Of a stretch of 64,000 bases of DNA, positions 1 to 10,935 are shown one piece after another (the stretch's first letter is position 1; every line of letters starts with the position of its first letter). The stretch is from positions 34,594 through 98,593 of the IMG/VR virus record IMGVR_UViG_3300011008_000023. The stretch is one strand, 5' to 3'. Source of the DNA: a virus (Duplodnaviria; Caudoviricetes). Made by a program: the position numbers and the translations under genes. Below the pieces are notes generated by a model. The model searched no databases and was not told where the DNA came from. It saw only the letters and a program-made list of their open reading frames with translations.

Positions 1-1965
1 CTAGGATTTGAAGAAGATGAATTCTTCTCTATTGCTGGTAAAGATTTTATGGGAGAAATGGAGATTGATAGTAAATATGATGATGAGGGCAATTTAATTG
101 GTAGGACTTTAGGAGAATTTGTGGCAATGTTTGCAGATGCTGTAAAAGACCCTGTAGCTAATCTAATGAATATAAACAATACCACTATGCCAATTGTAAC
201 CACATTGATTAGATTAGGAATGCCCTTTGAGAAAGTTGCACTGTTTATTTCACAACCTATAATAAAAACAGTTTTATCATTGTATAATTCAGAAAATGTT
301 ACTAACTTTGTTAGGTTATCAGATGTAATTAATAAGGTACTCACAAGTATAGAAAAAGATTATCATATTGAAAAAGATTCTGTTTTAAAAGAACTTAATT
401 CTCTTTCTGAAGAAGAAATGACTAAGAACTTAAGACGTGTAGAAGGAGAAACCAATATGCAGGAGGCAGTGGTAACGGATTATAAAGTATTAAGGTTTTT
501 CCGTTACATCACATCTATATCTGAAGCACTTAAAGGCCCCACACTTGCTACTAGATTTAACTCAATTAGTAATGCCGTTGGACCTCTGATAATAGATAAC
601 CTAATCATGGAGTATCAAGTAAAGTCTAGAGATTTTGAGAATCTTTATGATAAAGATGGTAACCGTGCTGACTTTGATACTATACTTGAGAAGCATCCCA
701 TATTAAAGAGCTTTTATGCAACTCTTAATATAGGTAGGGAGTTATTTGAGGATATGCCTGCTAATAGTACGAACTTTAGAGATATGCTAGACAGAACTAA
801 TGATGATTTAAAGAAAGTGTTATATGGTGATAGAAAACTCCTAGGAGAGTTAAGTGACTTTTATCAATCTTATTTACTTGTTGCTTCAGGAGTTGTTCCT
901 GCAGAGGCTACTCAAGACCACCCTCATCAAGGACTTAAGTATTATATTGAGAAATTCCCCTCAGATTTTATAAGAGGTAGAGCAAAGGAGGTCTTCAAAG
1001 GAAATCCCCTTATAGATGCAATTAAGTTAGATATCCAAAAGGGAAGAGCAGTTCTTAAAATTGATACTACGGGACTCACAACTCAAGATAAAGAGAGACT
1101 TGGTGATGGATGGACAGATTTATATCGAAGTGGAGAAAGAGGTAGAAAATTAGCAGAACATTTATTCTACTATAATTTCTGGAGAACTGGTATAGGGTTT
1201 AGTCCAAAATCATTTATGGGGCTTTTCCCTACAAGACTAAAAAGTAAGATTCCTGGATACAATGAAGCATTTACTGTACATAATACATCATTTGCAAGGA
1301 ATGTAGTTGGCAACCAAGTATTAAGTCAATTTGTTAGAAATAATGCAGATAATAATAAACTTGTTCCAAAAGTTGCTATAGGAAATAAGGGTACAAATCC
1401 TACTATAGAAAATGGATTATACACATTTAAAGGAGAAGATTATGGAGCTGTAAATGATAAATTCTACATTAAAATAAAATCTGGTAATAGAACTATTTTA
1501 TTGGAGAGAGTTTCAAAAGATACTAAGGGACGAAGTGTATCCTTTAAAGAACTTAGTCTTTTGGGCAACAATGGTGAGTACTTTGAAGCATCAACGGACG
1601 TTATGTATCAACCTCTTAGTGAGACTACAGAAACTAAAGAACAAATTAATGATGGGCAAATGCAAGAAGTTTCTCCTGCAGAAGTACAGTCAGGTGATAC
1701 TCCTGTAAAGAGTCAAGAACCTACAGAGGAAGAACAATTCAAGAGAGCTACTAAGATTAAAAATATGCTCTTAAAAATGTTTATGATGTCAGGAAGAAAT
1801 GAAGTAGAAGCTCAAAGAAAATTAGATGAGTTTAAAGCTAAGAGTGAAGATGAAAAAGCAAAGCTTAAAGGTCCAATGAAGAAATTTATTGCTAATAAAT
1901 TTGAGCAACTTGGCATAAAATATAATGAGAAGCTTCTTGATGAGATGTATGAAAATTTATGTTAA
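1..1965 (+). CDS. C-terminal part of giant virion-associated protein, probably the crAss-like virion RNA polymerase/cargo protein (5'-truncated by window)
   Basis: Frame 1 is open from base 1, so the gene starts upstream. Contains ADAVKDP, a motif I recognise from crAss-like virion RNAP proteins. Lies at the end of the giant-gene block. Confidence 0.65.
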   Translation, partial: LGFEEDEFFSIAGKDFMGEMEIDSKYDDEGNLIGRTLGEFVAMFADAVKDPVANLMNINNTTMPIVTTLIRLGMPFEKVALFISQPIIKTVLSLYNSENVTNFVRLSDVINKVLTSIEKDYHIEKDSVLKELNSLSEEEMTKNLRRVEGETNMQEAVVTDYKVLRFFRYITSISEALKGPTLATRFNSISNAVGPLIIDNLIMEYQVKSRDFENLYDKDGNRADFDTILEKHPILKSFYATLNIGRELFEDMPANSTNFRDMLDRTNDDLKKVLYGDRKLLGELSDFYQSYLLVASGVVPAEATQDHPHQGLKYYIEKFPSDFIRGRAKEVFKGNPLIDAIKLDIQKGRAVLKIDTTGLTTQDKERLGDGWTDLYRSGERGRKLAEHLFYYNFWRTGIGFSPKSFMGLFPTRLKSKIPGYNEAFTVHNTSFARNVVGNQVLSQFVRNNADNNKLVPKVAIGNKGTNPTIENGLYTFKGEDYGAVNDKFYIKIKSGNRTILLERVSKDTKGRSVSFKELSLLGNNGEYFEASTDVMYQPLSETTETKEQINDGQMQEVSPAEVQSGDTPVKSQEPTEEEQFKRATKIKNMLLKMFMMSGRNEVEAQRKLDEFKAKSEDEKAKLKGPMKKFIANKFEQLGIKYNEKLLDEMYENLC

Positions 1966-1968
1966 TAT

Positions 1969-4900
1969 ATGGCAAGACGTAGAAAAGCAAGTTGTAGAAT
2001 GGTTCCTGAAGTACCGGGGACTAATGAAGATAGTAAAATGTACTTAAAGCTTAGTGAGCTAGTAAAAAATAGACCACTCACAAATTTCATCTATGCCAGC
2101 TACCTCCAAGCGGGGGTAGCTGACCAGATGGATGCTTTGGGTTATAGAAGAAATCCACAGAATCAACATTCTGCAAAAGATGTTTATAGTTTCTTTGAGG
2201 TGGGAAGTATGAAGAATCTATTAAGCATTAAGGCCCAATCTAAATCTATAGGATTCATGAATTCTTCTGGTGCTTTAGTAGACTTTACTGCTGAGGAGGC
2301 ATATAATAAAGCTCAAATGTTTAATGAGTCTAACAAAGGTAGGGTTGCATATGTTGTACAGCATGGAGACATGTTTAACATCTTAATTGATGATAAAGAC
2401 TCTAGAACTCAATCAAAACAAGCTGAAGTTGGAGAAGCTTTGTCTTTATGGAGTACCCTATCTTCAGAATTAACTACTAGAGGTATAGACCTTAAAGAGC
2501 TTAATAAAATTAATCCTAAGATAGTTAATCCTGGCTCTGTTGCAGATTTTATTAGGAATTTGAGTACATATAAATTTGTTCCTAATGATGGATTCTCTGT
2601 TAAAGATATTGAGATGTTACTAGCTTTAAATCCTAGACTCCCTATTGTTAATAATGTATTAGCAAGAGGCTGGGGAGATAGAGCAGAAACAGCACAGAGA
2701 ATGTATGATATATTACACACTTCTGGAGCCACTAGTTCAAATATAAATTTAGTTAATAATGTTTTAGATGCAGTTAAAGCATTACCTGGGTTTAATGTAA
2801 CTGACTTAAGGAATAACTTGACCACTTCTAAAATAGAATTTAGAAAGACTGATTTGTCTACGCAAATAAAGTATAAATTATCAGAACTAGATAGAAAATA
2901 CGGTATTGAGAGAGATGTCTTTATCAGAAATTCTAGTTCTATTACAAAGTATTCAGAGGCAATTGCTGATGCTATACTGTCTTTGCATAGACAAATTAGA
3001 ACAATAGAAGCTAAGAAAGGAAGAACAGATAGAAGTAATAGACTAAGAGTCCTTAAAGATAAGTTAGCAGAGGAACTAAAAACTAAACAATACGCTGCAG
3101 GATTAGTTGATTTCCTAAGTACTGCAAACAATGATTTGCAGCAAGTTAATAATATTGTTAACAATGTACCTACAACTGGAACTGGACTTGAATATGCGAG
3201 TGTCCTTTCTGAAGCAATTACTAAAGCTGTAAATATAAAGCACGCTTACTATGATGTTATATCTGCTATTGCCAATTCTGATTTAATTAATGACTTTGTG
3301 TTAAATGATACTGAGAAAGAAACTCTTAGAAATTTATCTCTTAGTTTAAAAGAGACTTTTGACTCTATGGATAAGAAAGTCATTGATTTAGAAAGAGAGG
3401 CAATGTATAACATAGGGAGAGAGTTCATTGGGGAGCACAATGCTTTATATGGTAAAGACCTTGTAGATATAATAAATATGAATGAAGCTGACACATCAAT
3501 GCTAGATTACTTATATAGTATTGGTAGGTCTTCTAGTGCTGTTATATCTATGTTAGGTGCCATTATTAGAGATGCACAAAATAACAGAGACAAAGAACTT
3601 GCAAAGATTAGCTTACAGATAAGAAGAGAGGATTACCTTCTTGCTAAAGATGGAAAAGACTCTTCATTTATGTATGATGACAAAGGAAGAATTGTTAGTC
3701 AGTATGATTGGGATGGATATTTTAAAGAGAGGAGTAAATATGCTAAAGATTTAACGAGAGCTGGATTTAAGAGAAATAGTGTTGAATTTAATGCTGAGAT
3801 GCAGCTGTGGGAGGACAATAATACTGTAGAAGTGATTGTTGACCAGCAAAGTGGCAGAACAGAGAAGATGCCAAGATTTTATTTAAGCTATGACTTTAGG
3901 ACAGGATGGAGTGCAGCTCAGAGAAGGTACTATGAGAATATGATGAAAATAAAGGGGCAACTTGGAACACTTCTTCCTAATTATGCTCAGCATCATTACA
4001 TTGCTCCTCAGAAAAGAACTACTTGGGACCAAGTATTAAAAGAGGGTTTGAAGAAAGAAAGGTCTTTTAAGGATGTTTTTGATTGGTTTCTTGAAAATAC
4101 AAAGTTAGCAAAGATAAAGGAGGGTGACACTAGATTTAGACGAAATGGTATATATGTTGAGGGAGAAGAGTCTATTGCTTCAATTAGTGACTATGACAAT
4201 ACTGTATTGAGACAGATACCGCTATTTTATGTGAATAAACTTGAGGAAAAAAACCTATCACATGATTTCTCTTCTGCTCTACAATCTCTTGCCAGCACTA
4301 CTTTTAATTATGATGCTATGAACAGTATTAGAAGTATAGCAGAGATGATGACAGACTATGCTGCAAGGATAACTCCTGTAGATAAAGATGTTACTGATAG
4401 ACCTTTAGTAGATATTTCTTACAACAACGGTCTTAGTGTAGTAGTGAATCTTCGTAAATCTGCAGAAAGCAGTAACACTTCTAGTATAATAGACTCCTTT
4501 GTTCTTAAACATATATTTGGGGTTGAAAATAAATCTGAGGGTAAATTAGCTGTTATAGGAGCAAACTTAATTGGGTATACTTCATTAAAGGGATTGGCTA
4601 TTAATGTGAAGGGAGCTTTAACTAATAAGTATGTAGGTGTTATTCAAACTATGATTAAAGCTCTAGGAGGACAATACTATGACATGAAAGATTGGTTAAA
4701 AGCAGAGGCTATTTTATTAGGAGAGCAAGGAGCTTCTACTACAGGACTTGTTATTGGTGGAGCTATAGGAGGATTACCGGGTGCTGCAGTAGGATTAACT
4801 ACAGGTACTATTGCTGGTGCTAAAGGAATGTATGGCAAGTTTATGGATATTCTTACAAACAACAAAAATAGCAAAGATAGCTTAATTGCAGAGTTTTTTG

Positions 4901-6153
4901 ACCAATCTCAAGAGGTCTTCTCTGATTTAAGTGATACGAGATATCATAGAACTGTGTTTGGTAAGTTATTTGGGGCCTTTAGTCCAATGGCAATGTATCA
5001 ACGTGGTGAATATTGGATACATATGCTTAATGTATATGCTACACTACTCCATGAAAAAGTGGTTCAATATGACCCAACTACTGGTAAAAGAAAAACCATT
5101 TCTGTATATGAAGCTCTAGAAAAGGGAGAAAAAATTGAAGGAAATAGTGAATTAAAAATAAAGGATAACATTTATAAATTGGATGGCACTAAAATAGAAA
5201 ATTTATCTGATAGTTATTTTGATGCTCTAAAAAGAAGAATTCGCTATATAAATCAAAACTGCCACGGTTCTATGAATAAAGAAGATAAGGGCCTTTTGCA
5301 TCAGTGGATGCTTGGCAAGATGGCTATGAATTTCCGTCAATGGATGGTAGAGCACTACTCTAGAAGATTTAGAGAATTACACTGGGATGAGTCTATCAGA
5401 GATGTAGACTTAAGCAATTTCTATCATAATACTGAAGTTCGAGTTAATGACAAGAAAACTAAATTAATAGATGCCTTAGAAATGGTAGACAATGGCTTAG
5501 GAGATGGGAGTTTTCATTATGAGATTAAAGCTGGAACCACCACATTAGAGGGAAAAGCTTTAACAGATGAAATCTTGGATACTATGCTAAAACAGTATGC
5601 AGAGGATTCTGGTTGGAGACGAGGATTTAAAACTGATGCATTAGTGACTTTTATTAATTTTGTAAAGGAAAGACAGGAATACGGCACTAAAGCAAATGCT
5701 TATTGGAATAGTTTATCTGAAACTCAAAAAGCAGATGTCAAACAAGTTATGGGAGAAAGCCTTATGCTTCTCTCTTTAATGGGTTTGGCTGGAGTAATGG
5801 GTGACCCAGATGACCATAAGGGAGAATTCTTTTATAGGCTGTGGATGTATGTAGTTAGAAGATGTCTCTTTGATGAAAAAGCAACTACTATTCCTGGAGC
5901 TATTGTAGAAGCAAAAACTATTATTAATAACCCCATTGCTTCTACACAAACAGTTGCTGGTTTATTATATCCAATATTGGGAATTACTGATATAACAGAG
6001 ACTATTAAGTCAGGCAGATACAAGGGGTGGAATAAATATGGAAGAAATGTCCTGAAGTATACAATTCCATTTTATGCACAAATTGACCAATTATTGAATA
6101 TTGGAGAAGAATCCTCCGTATTTAGTACCTTTGAAAATCAAATTACAAGATAA
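1969..6153 (+). CDS. large virion cargo/ejection protein (1394 aa)
   Basis: Very large helical protein after the RNAP-like gene. Has a glycine-zipper hydrophobic segment GLVIGGAIGGLPGAAVGLTTGTIAG and a C-terminal hydrophobic helix. Confidence 0.6.
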   Translation: MARRRKASCRMVPEVPGTNEDSKMYLKLSELVKNRPLTNFIYASYLQAGVADQMDALGYRRNPQNQHSAKDVYSFFEVGSMKNLLSIKAQSKSIGFMNSSGALVDFTAEEAYNKAQMFNESNKGRVAYVVQHGDMFNILIDDKDSRTQSKQAEVGEALSLWSTLSSELTTRGIDLKELNKINPKIVNPGSVADFIRNLSTYKFVPNDGFSVKDIEMLLALNPRLPIVNNVLARGWGDRAETAQRMYDILHTSGATSSNINLVNNVLDAVKALPGFNVTDLRNNLTTSKIEFRKTDLSTQIKYKLSELDRKYGIERDVFIRNSSSITKYSEAIADAILSLHRQIRTIEAKKGRTDRSNRLRVLKDKLAEELKTKQYAAGLVDFLSTANNDLQQVNNIVNNVPTTGTGLEYASVLSEAITKAVNIKHAYYDVISAIANSDLINDFVLNDTEKETLRNLSLSLKETFDSMDKKVIDLEREAMYNIGREFIGEHNALYGKDLVDIINMNEADTSMLDYLYSIGRSSSAVISMLGAIIRDAQNNRDKELAKISLQIRREDYLLAKDGKDSSFMYDDKGRIVSQYDWDGYFKERSKYAKDLTRAGFKRNSVEFNAEMQLWEDNNTVEVIVDQQSGRTEKMPRFYLSYDFRTGWSAAQRRYYENMMKIKGQLGTLLPNYAQHHYIAPQKRTTWDQVLKEGLKKERSFKDVFDWFLENTKLAKIKEGDTRFRRNGIYVEGEESIASISDYDNTVLRQIPLFYVNKLEEKNLSHDFSSALQSLASTTFNYDAMNSIRSIAEMMTDYAARITPVDKDVTDRPLVDISYNNGLSVVVNLRKSAESSNTSSIIDSFVLKHIFGVENKSEGKLAVIGANLIGYTSLKGLAINVKGALTNKYVGVIQTMIKALGGQYYDMKDWLKAEAILLGEQGASTTGLVIGGAIGGLPGAAVGLTTGTIAGAKGMYGKFMDILTNNKNSKDSLIAEFFDQSQEVFSDLSDTRYHRTVFGKLFGAFSPMAMYQRGEYWIHMLNVYATLLHEKVVQYDPTTGKRKTISVYEALEKGEKIEGNSELKIKDNIYKLDGTKIENLSDSYFDALKRRIRYINQNCHGSMNKEDKGLLHQWMLGKMAMNFRQWMVEHYSRRFRELHWDESIRDVDLSNFYHNTEVRVNDKKTKLIDALEMVDNGLGDGSFHYEIKAGTTTLEGKALTDEILDTMLKQYAEDSGWRRGFKTDALVTFINFVKERQEYGTKANAYWNSLSETQKADVKQVMGESLMLLSLMGLAGVMGDPDDHKGEFFYRLWMYVVRRCLFDEKATTIPGAIVEAKTIINNPIASTQTVAGLLYPILGITDITETIKSGRYKGWNKYGRNVLKYTIPFYAQIDQLLNIGEESSVFSTFENQITR

Positions 6154-6169
6154 TTTTACAAAGTGTTTG

Positions 6170-6212
6170 AAAAAAAAGAAAGCTAGTAAGTAAAAACTTA
6201 CTAGCTTTTTTG
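6170..6212. terminator. bidirectional intrinsic terminator between convergent arms
   Basis: AAGCTAGTAAGT-AAAA-ACTTACTAGCTT perfect hairpin with an A-tract on the left and a T-tract on the right. Confidence 0.9.
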
Positions 6213-6213
6213 T

Positions 6214-7044
6214 TTACACACTTTTTAATTGTTTTTCTAATTTCTTTGCAAGATACTGCATATCAGGATGAGCGTTGGGAGCAGTTCTTAATTCTAAGAA
6301 TTTCTTCCAGTCACTCATATAGCCTGTCATAACCACTTCTGTTTTAAGGGTGTTTGGTAATATAGCTCTTGCTGTTTGAGGAGTTACGCCCCCCTTCATA
6401 GCATGCATATATATTCTCTCAATTTCATCAAGACAATTGAGCATTTCATAATATGCATCACTACCTTTCCAGCCCTCTTTATCTGGCATTATAAAAGTAA
6501 GTTCATTGCCAAATTTATCCTTACTATAATTACAATACCTAGTTGATTCTTGGGCAAATGAGAATACTCTATGCCTTACAAGCTCGTGGCTCACACCTCT
6601 ATCACAAGTAAATCTTACAGTAACTCTTTTATCATGAAACTCTGTTGGTTTACACAAATACTTAAGTAAATGTAACCAATTATTCTCATAAAGGACTCTG
6701 TAGTTAGTTGTAATATATGCTCCATAAGTACCTATGTCGTCTTTAGAGAAGTCATGGTTGGAATAAAACTTTGAATACTTATTAATTACTACATCATACA
6801 TTTTAGGAGCAGTCTCTTCTTCAAAGTAGTTTATCCAAGGTACAAATAGATATACTGAGCCATGTTCTAACATAGCAGTATGCCCATTGTCAATCATTCT
6901 TTGAACAAATTCTTTACTAGAAGTTTCTGTTATTTTATTCTCTGATTTGTAACATGTTCTTCCAGCTATTTCAATTTGTTTAAAGATTCCATCAATGCCC
7001 TCTCCCTGAGGTATTATTTCTACTTTGGGTGTAATTAGATTCAT
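6214..7044 (-). CDS. thyX: FAD-dependent thymidylate synthase
   Basis: GHTAMLEH and HELVRHRVFSFAQESTRY (RHRx7SxR motif), plus ARAILPN. Confidence 0.95.
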   Translation of the reverse strand: MNLITPKVEIIPQGEGIDGIFKQIEIAGRTCYKSENKITETSSKEFVQRMIDNGHTAMLEHGSVYLFVPWINYFEEETAPKMYDVVINKYSKFYSNHDFSKDDIGTYGAYITTNYRVLYENNWLHLLKYLCKPTEFHDKRVTVRFTCDRGVSHELVRHRVFSFAQESTRYCNYSKDKFGNELTFIMPDKEGWKGSDAYYEMLNCLDEIERIYMHAMKGGVTPQTARAILPNTLKTEVVMTGYMSDWKKFLELRTAPNAHPDMQYLAKKLEKQLKSV

Positions 7045-7202
7045 TTTTCTGGCTGTATTGAAATAATTTCCTTAATATCCCAGTACTCTTCTTCAACAAG
7101 TTCTTTTGCTTGGTTGTGGTTGTCTGCCATAACCCAAACATGAGATAAATCATTAGTATCATCTATATAAGATATATAGAATCTTTTCTTATGATTTTTC
7201 AT
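7041..7202 (-). CDS. small hypothetical protein (53 aa, not in ORF track)
   Basis: MKNHKKRFYISYIDD...IISIQPEK; fills the gap and overlaps the thyX start (ATGA). Confidence 0.65.
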   Translation of the reverse strand: MKNHKKRFYISYIDDTNDLSHVWVMADNHNQAKELVEEEYWDIKEIISIQPEK

Positions 7203-7581
7203 CTTTAAGATAGTCTTCAATTAGTTTAAATGTAACATACTCAGTAAGATATGCTGCAGATTCACATCCTTCAATACCTGTGGTATCAATAATTTTATCT
7301 GCAGCATGTCTACCTTCATGAATTAACGTTGATACTAAAGTTGGTATATCTTTATGAGGAAAGATAACTATTATAGATATGAGTTTACCAAGATTGTAAT
7401 GACACACTGCACCACCATAGGCCTCATCATCTATCATAGTGCTTATGTTTTCAATATCTTCTTCTCTCATTCTTAAATTATGCATCTTCTTGATTACTAC
7501 AGATTTATCCTCATAATTTTCAACCAATATAGTAATAACTCTCCACTTGTAATAAGGAACTTTAATTTGTTTTACTTTCAT
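7189..7581 (-). CDS. HExxH zinc-metallopeptidase-like protein
   Basis: LIHEGRHA followed by a downstream E (CESAAY). Confidence 0.55.
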   Translation of the reverse strand: MKVKQIKVPYYKWRVITILVENYEDKSVVIKKMHNLRMREEDIENISTMIDDEAYGGAVCHYNLGKLISIIVIFPHKDIPTLVSTLIHEGRHAADKIIDTTGIEGCESAAYLTEYVTFKLIEDYLKDEKS

Positions 7582-8530
7582 CTTTTAGTGTTAAAACATA
7601 ACCCATGTTACTTTCTTCGATAGCTTCAATTTTCTTATTAAAGCCTATAAGGGAATCTCCCTCCCTAAGGAAAGGGCCTCCCTCAGGGTCTACAGAGAAA
7701 ATGTGGTTATCGAGAAAACTAACCCCAATATAATTAAGAGCCATATCATCACCCTTCAGTACCCATTTATCTTCATTGAAATGCTCAAGATAAACATTTG
7801 AGCCATATCTGTTCTTTAAACCAATTATGGGTTTATCCACATATTTAGCTTCAATATTACCTTTATCAATTACGAGGTACTGATAGGGCATATTATCACA
7901 TAACCAAATATCAGTCTCTTCTTCAAACTCTTTTGTGGAGGTTATCCTTGCAACTGGTGTGTGTCCAACTACCTGAGTATAACCTTGTAAGGCATCCTTC
8001 ATTAATGCCTCAGGTCTTATCCAAACGCAAGATTGTGTAATAGAGTTCCCATTATAGTCAAAGGGACTATCTGGTATAAAACCAAATTTCTCACAAGGAG
8101 CTATTAAGTTAATATCATTTAAATCCTTACTTTCAAGATTTAGACTATTAAGCCAAGTTTTTGATATACCAGCATGGGAGAATATGATATTATCATATAC
8201 ATATACCCACTGAGTATTATCAAGGAACCTCTGTTTATTAGCTTTCTTAGATAACCAATCTTGAACTTTATGGAAGAGCCCACTGCATTCTGCCCAATCG
8301 TAACCAAGATGTTGTAAGTCGTGATTACCCCTAAGTAGTATTACAGTATCGGGGTTTTCTTCTTTATAATCAAGAATATCCTTTAAGTTATCTATTTGCT
8401 CTTGCTCAGTAAACTTTTTGTGTGTAGAGACATAGTCTCCTAAGAAAATGAGCAAATCATACTCTTCTTTTTCAACTACTTTCTTCCATGAAGGGTTTCC
8501 ATGAATATCTGCTATTGCTACAATTTTCAT
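7562..8530 (-). CDS. calcineurin-like metallophosphoesterase
   Basis: DIHG, GDYV, GNHD, HAG and GHT motifs. Confidence 0.9.
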   Translation of the reverse strand: MKIVAIADIHGNPSWKKVVEKEEYDLLIFLGDYVSTHKKFTEQEQIDNLKDILDYKEENPDTVILLRGNHDLQHLGYDWAECSGLFHKVQDWLSKKANKQRFLDNTQWVYVYDNIIFSHAGISKTWLNSLNLESKDLNDINLIAPCEKFGFIPDSPFDYNGNSITQSCVWIRPEALMKDALQGYTQVVGHTPVARITSTKEFEEETDIWLCDNMPYQYLVIDKGNIEAKYVDKPIIGLKNRYGSNVYLEHFNEDKWVLKGDDMALNYIGVSFLDNHIFSVDPEGGPFLREGDSLIGFNKKIEAIEESNMGYVLTLKDESKTN

Positions 8531-9288
8531 AATACTACTTCTTCTTTTTTACGTTTAATATCAGATACTGCTGCATAATATTCTTCTTTATACTCTTTTT
8601 TAATATATTCAGGTCTTAAAGCAAAATATTTAATATCTTTACCATCTTGATTCCACATTTGCCAGATACCAGTAAGTTCTATGGTTTCCCTTAACTTTCC
8701 TGATTTATTCTTATAAGCATGGTTAAGAATAGATTCCCAATAGTGGTTATCACAGCTCATAGTATCGTGATAAGGACTATGAAGAGTTAAAGATAATGAT
8801 AATCCAAAAGCACTGATAGTAAACTGAGGAGGAAATTCATATCTTACATCATCCCACTTAATCTTCCAACCAAGGTCAAAATTACCGAGATAGAACCTTG
8901 TCCATAGAGGAAGTTGAATAATTGGTGGTATCCAACTAAGATGCCATCTTTTAAGCTTCTTCCTAATGTTCCTATTCCATACATATTGACCTGCTTTTAA
9001 CTTACCTGGAAGTTTATGTTTAGGTACCCAAGAGTAACATTTAGTTGAATACTCTTTATCACCACATTTATAGGTAGAAGTACCACTTTGTATCATCACA
9101 GCATCTTTTAGTAGATGACAATACTTACTAAGATGTTTACGTCTACAAACATATATTAAGGCACCCATTCTCCATGCAGGTAGGTTTGGGTCATTACGCC
9201 ATTTACCAAAGTAAACCTTGAGAGAAGGCTTAACAAATACTTGTTTAGCCTTCTCCCAAGTGTTATACAGTTTAATTATTTTTCCCAT
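8527..9288 (-). CDS. hypothetical protein
   Basis: 253-aa ORF overlapping both neighbours. Confidence 0.75.
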   Translation of the reverse strand: MGKIIKLYNTWEKAKQVFVKPSLKVYFGKWRNDPNLPAWRMGALIYVCRRKHLSKYCHLLKDAVMIQSGTSTYKCGDKEYSTKCYSWVPKHKLPGKLKAGQYVWNRNIRKKLKRWHLSWIPPIIQLPLWTRFYLGNFDLGWKIKWDDVRYEFPPQFTISAFGLSLSLTLHSPYHDTMSCDNHYWESILNHAYKNKSGKLRETIELTGIWQMWNQDGKDIKYFALRPEYIKKEYKEEYYAAVSDIKRKKEEVVL

Positions 9289-9590
9289 CTTTCAGCAAAT
9301 CCATAATTCAAAGAAAACCAAGGGAAATAATGCTTCTCTACATATTTTTTGGAGTGGTACTTAGGCTGCCAATGATAAAAGTGTTCGAGATAATAGGCTT
9401 TCCACTGGTTATACTGGTCTTTATCAGCAAATTCATACTGTGAAAACCAGTCTCTATTCTCAGGGAGTTGTGACCATGCAGAAAGTTCTTCAAAGGTATC
9501 CCAATGAAGGGAACTTCCTATAATCTCAAACTCTTTATTTATACAATCTAGTACAAATTGTTTGTCACTTATTTTAATTACTCTAGCCAT
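9276..9590 (-). CDS. hypothetical protein
   Basis: Tightly packed ORF in the operon. Confidence 0.75.
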   Translation of the reverse strand: MARVIKISDKQFVLDCINKEFEIIGSSLHWDTFEELSAWSQLPENRDWFSQYEFADKDQYNQWKAYYLEHFYHWQPKYHSKKYVEKHYFPWFSLNYGFAERWEK

Positions 9591-9592
9591 AG

Positions 9593-10003
9593 TTAGTAAG
9601 AATCATAGAAGAATGCAGAATCTTCTGGATGCTTTTTGAGATAGTTTTCAAGCCACATCAGATTTAATAGTATCTGAAGTTCACTGTCAGCTCTTTCATC
9701 ATAGGTCCAGATAGAATCAGACTCTTCTTCATAAGTCTTTGGATTGAGAAGCTTCCATATACCTCTACGTATAGCTGGTAAATCTTCAGCCTCAACAGGA
9801 TATCTTCCACCATCTTGTCCAGCATGAAGAACACCTAAGATAATACCTCTGATATCCCAGCATTTGCGCCAATAAGCTACTTGGAACTCACCATTCTCAT
9901 CAACATCTTCCTGAGAATCAATCCACCAAGCATCCTGCTCAGGGAAATTCTCAGGAACTTTCTTATTACTCAATTTGAGTATTATTCCATTATCTAGACC
10001 CAT
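9593..10003 (-). CDS. hypothetical phage protein
   Basis: MGLD...YWRK motif common in small phage proteins. Confidence 0.75.
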   Translation of the reverse strand: MGLDNGIILKLSNKKVPENFPEQDAWWIDSQEDVDENGEFQVAYWRKCWDIRGIILGVLHAGQDGGRYPVEAEDLPAIRRGIWKLLNPKTYEEESDSIWTYDERADSELQILLNLMWLENYLKKHPEDSAFFYDSY

Positions 10004-10370
10004 TTTGTTCTTTCTCCTTATCTTTTAAAGTCTTGTTTAACTTCAGAACTAATGCAACTATCTTAGAGGTAAGTTGTGCAAAAGAGTATGAACCACTATC
10101 CATTATTTCACTAAACTCAGGACTATTCATTACATACTCAGTGTAAGAGTGCATACTACAAAGCATAGGAATATCCACCATATCAGGTGCATCTCCTACC
10201 TTATACAGACCTTGAAGATAATGGTCTACATTAGTGTATCCATAAGAATGGTCAGTATGTCTTACATACCAAATACCATCAGGTAGATAATCTTCGTCAT
10301 ATCTTAGACCAAATGGTTTATACCTATTACCATCCTTATAATAAACATTATTGTCTTTCATTCCTCTCAC
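9990..10370 (-). CDS. hypothetical protein
   Basis: Packed ORF. Confidence 0.7.
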   Translation of the reverse strand: MRGMKDNNVYYKDGNRYKPFGLRYDEDYLPDGIWYVRHTDHSYGYTNVDHYLQGLYKVGDAPDMVDIPMLCSMHSYTEYVMNSPEFSEIMDSGSYSFAQLTSKIVALVLKLNKTLKDKEKEQNGSR

Positions 10371-10373
10371 AAC

Positions 10374-10721
10374 CTATTCTTTTATACACTCAATTTCATC
10401 AACATGCCAGCCAGACAGGTCGTCTGCTGCTTTAAGATTAGCTCCAATGTCTACATAAAGAGAAGCATCTTGTGGTAAAATAACCTGCTCTTCCACTGCT
10501 GCAAGAAGATTAGTATCTGAGAAATCTATATCACGAAAACACAAACCGTCTTCATCTACACCTTCATCAGCAACCTCATAGTCTTTCACTTTTACTGTGA
10601 CTGTTTTACTAAGAGTAATACTGACAGTGACATCAATCTCTACCTCAGGATTTTCTATCATATTCCAAGGAGCTTTTGGGTCTTCTCTTGCACCTAGAGG
10701 GTAATCACCTAAACTAGTCAT
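10374..10721 (-). CDS. hypothetical acidic protein
   Basis: YPLGA..DP.APWN motif seen in Bacteroidota phage proteins. Confidence 0.7.
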   Translation of the reverse strand: MTSLGDYPLGAREDPKAPWNMIENPEVEIDVTVSITLSKTVTVKVKDYEVADEGVDEDGLCFRDIDFSDTNLLAAVEEQVILPQDASLYVDIGANLKAADDLSGWHVDEIECIKE

Positions 10722-10935
10722 TGTTAATTATTTCTTTAAATTTATTAAGATACCAAATTGCTTTTTCAATATCTTCAACGCATTTGCCTTTATGACAACA
10801 TCTCCAGATATATTTGAAAGCATTCAATTTACAAAATGATGCAACTTCAGCAGTTCCATATGCACCTATCATTGCATCAATACATTCCATTCCATTACTC
10901 TTATAATGAGAAGGATGATTTACAGAATCATTCAT
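10714..10935 (-). CDS. DUF3310-family (T7 gp1.7-like) protein
   Basis: DSVNHPSHY...ECID...NAFKYIWR...K...EDIEKAIWYL. Confidence 0.85.
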   Translation of the reverse strand: MNDSVNHPSHYKSNGMECIDAMIGAYGTAEVASFCKLNAFKYIWRCCHKGKCVEDIEKAIWYLNKFKEIINND

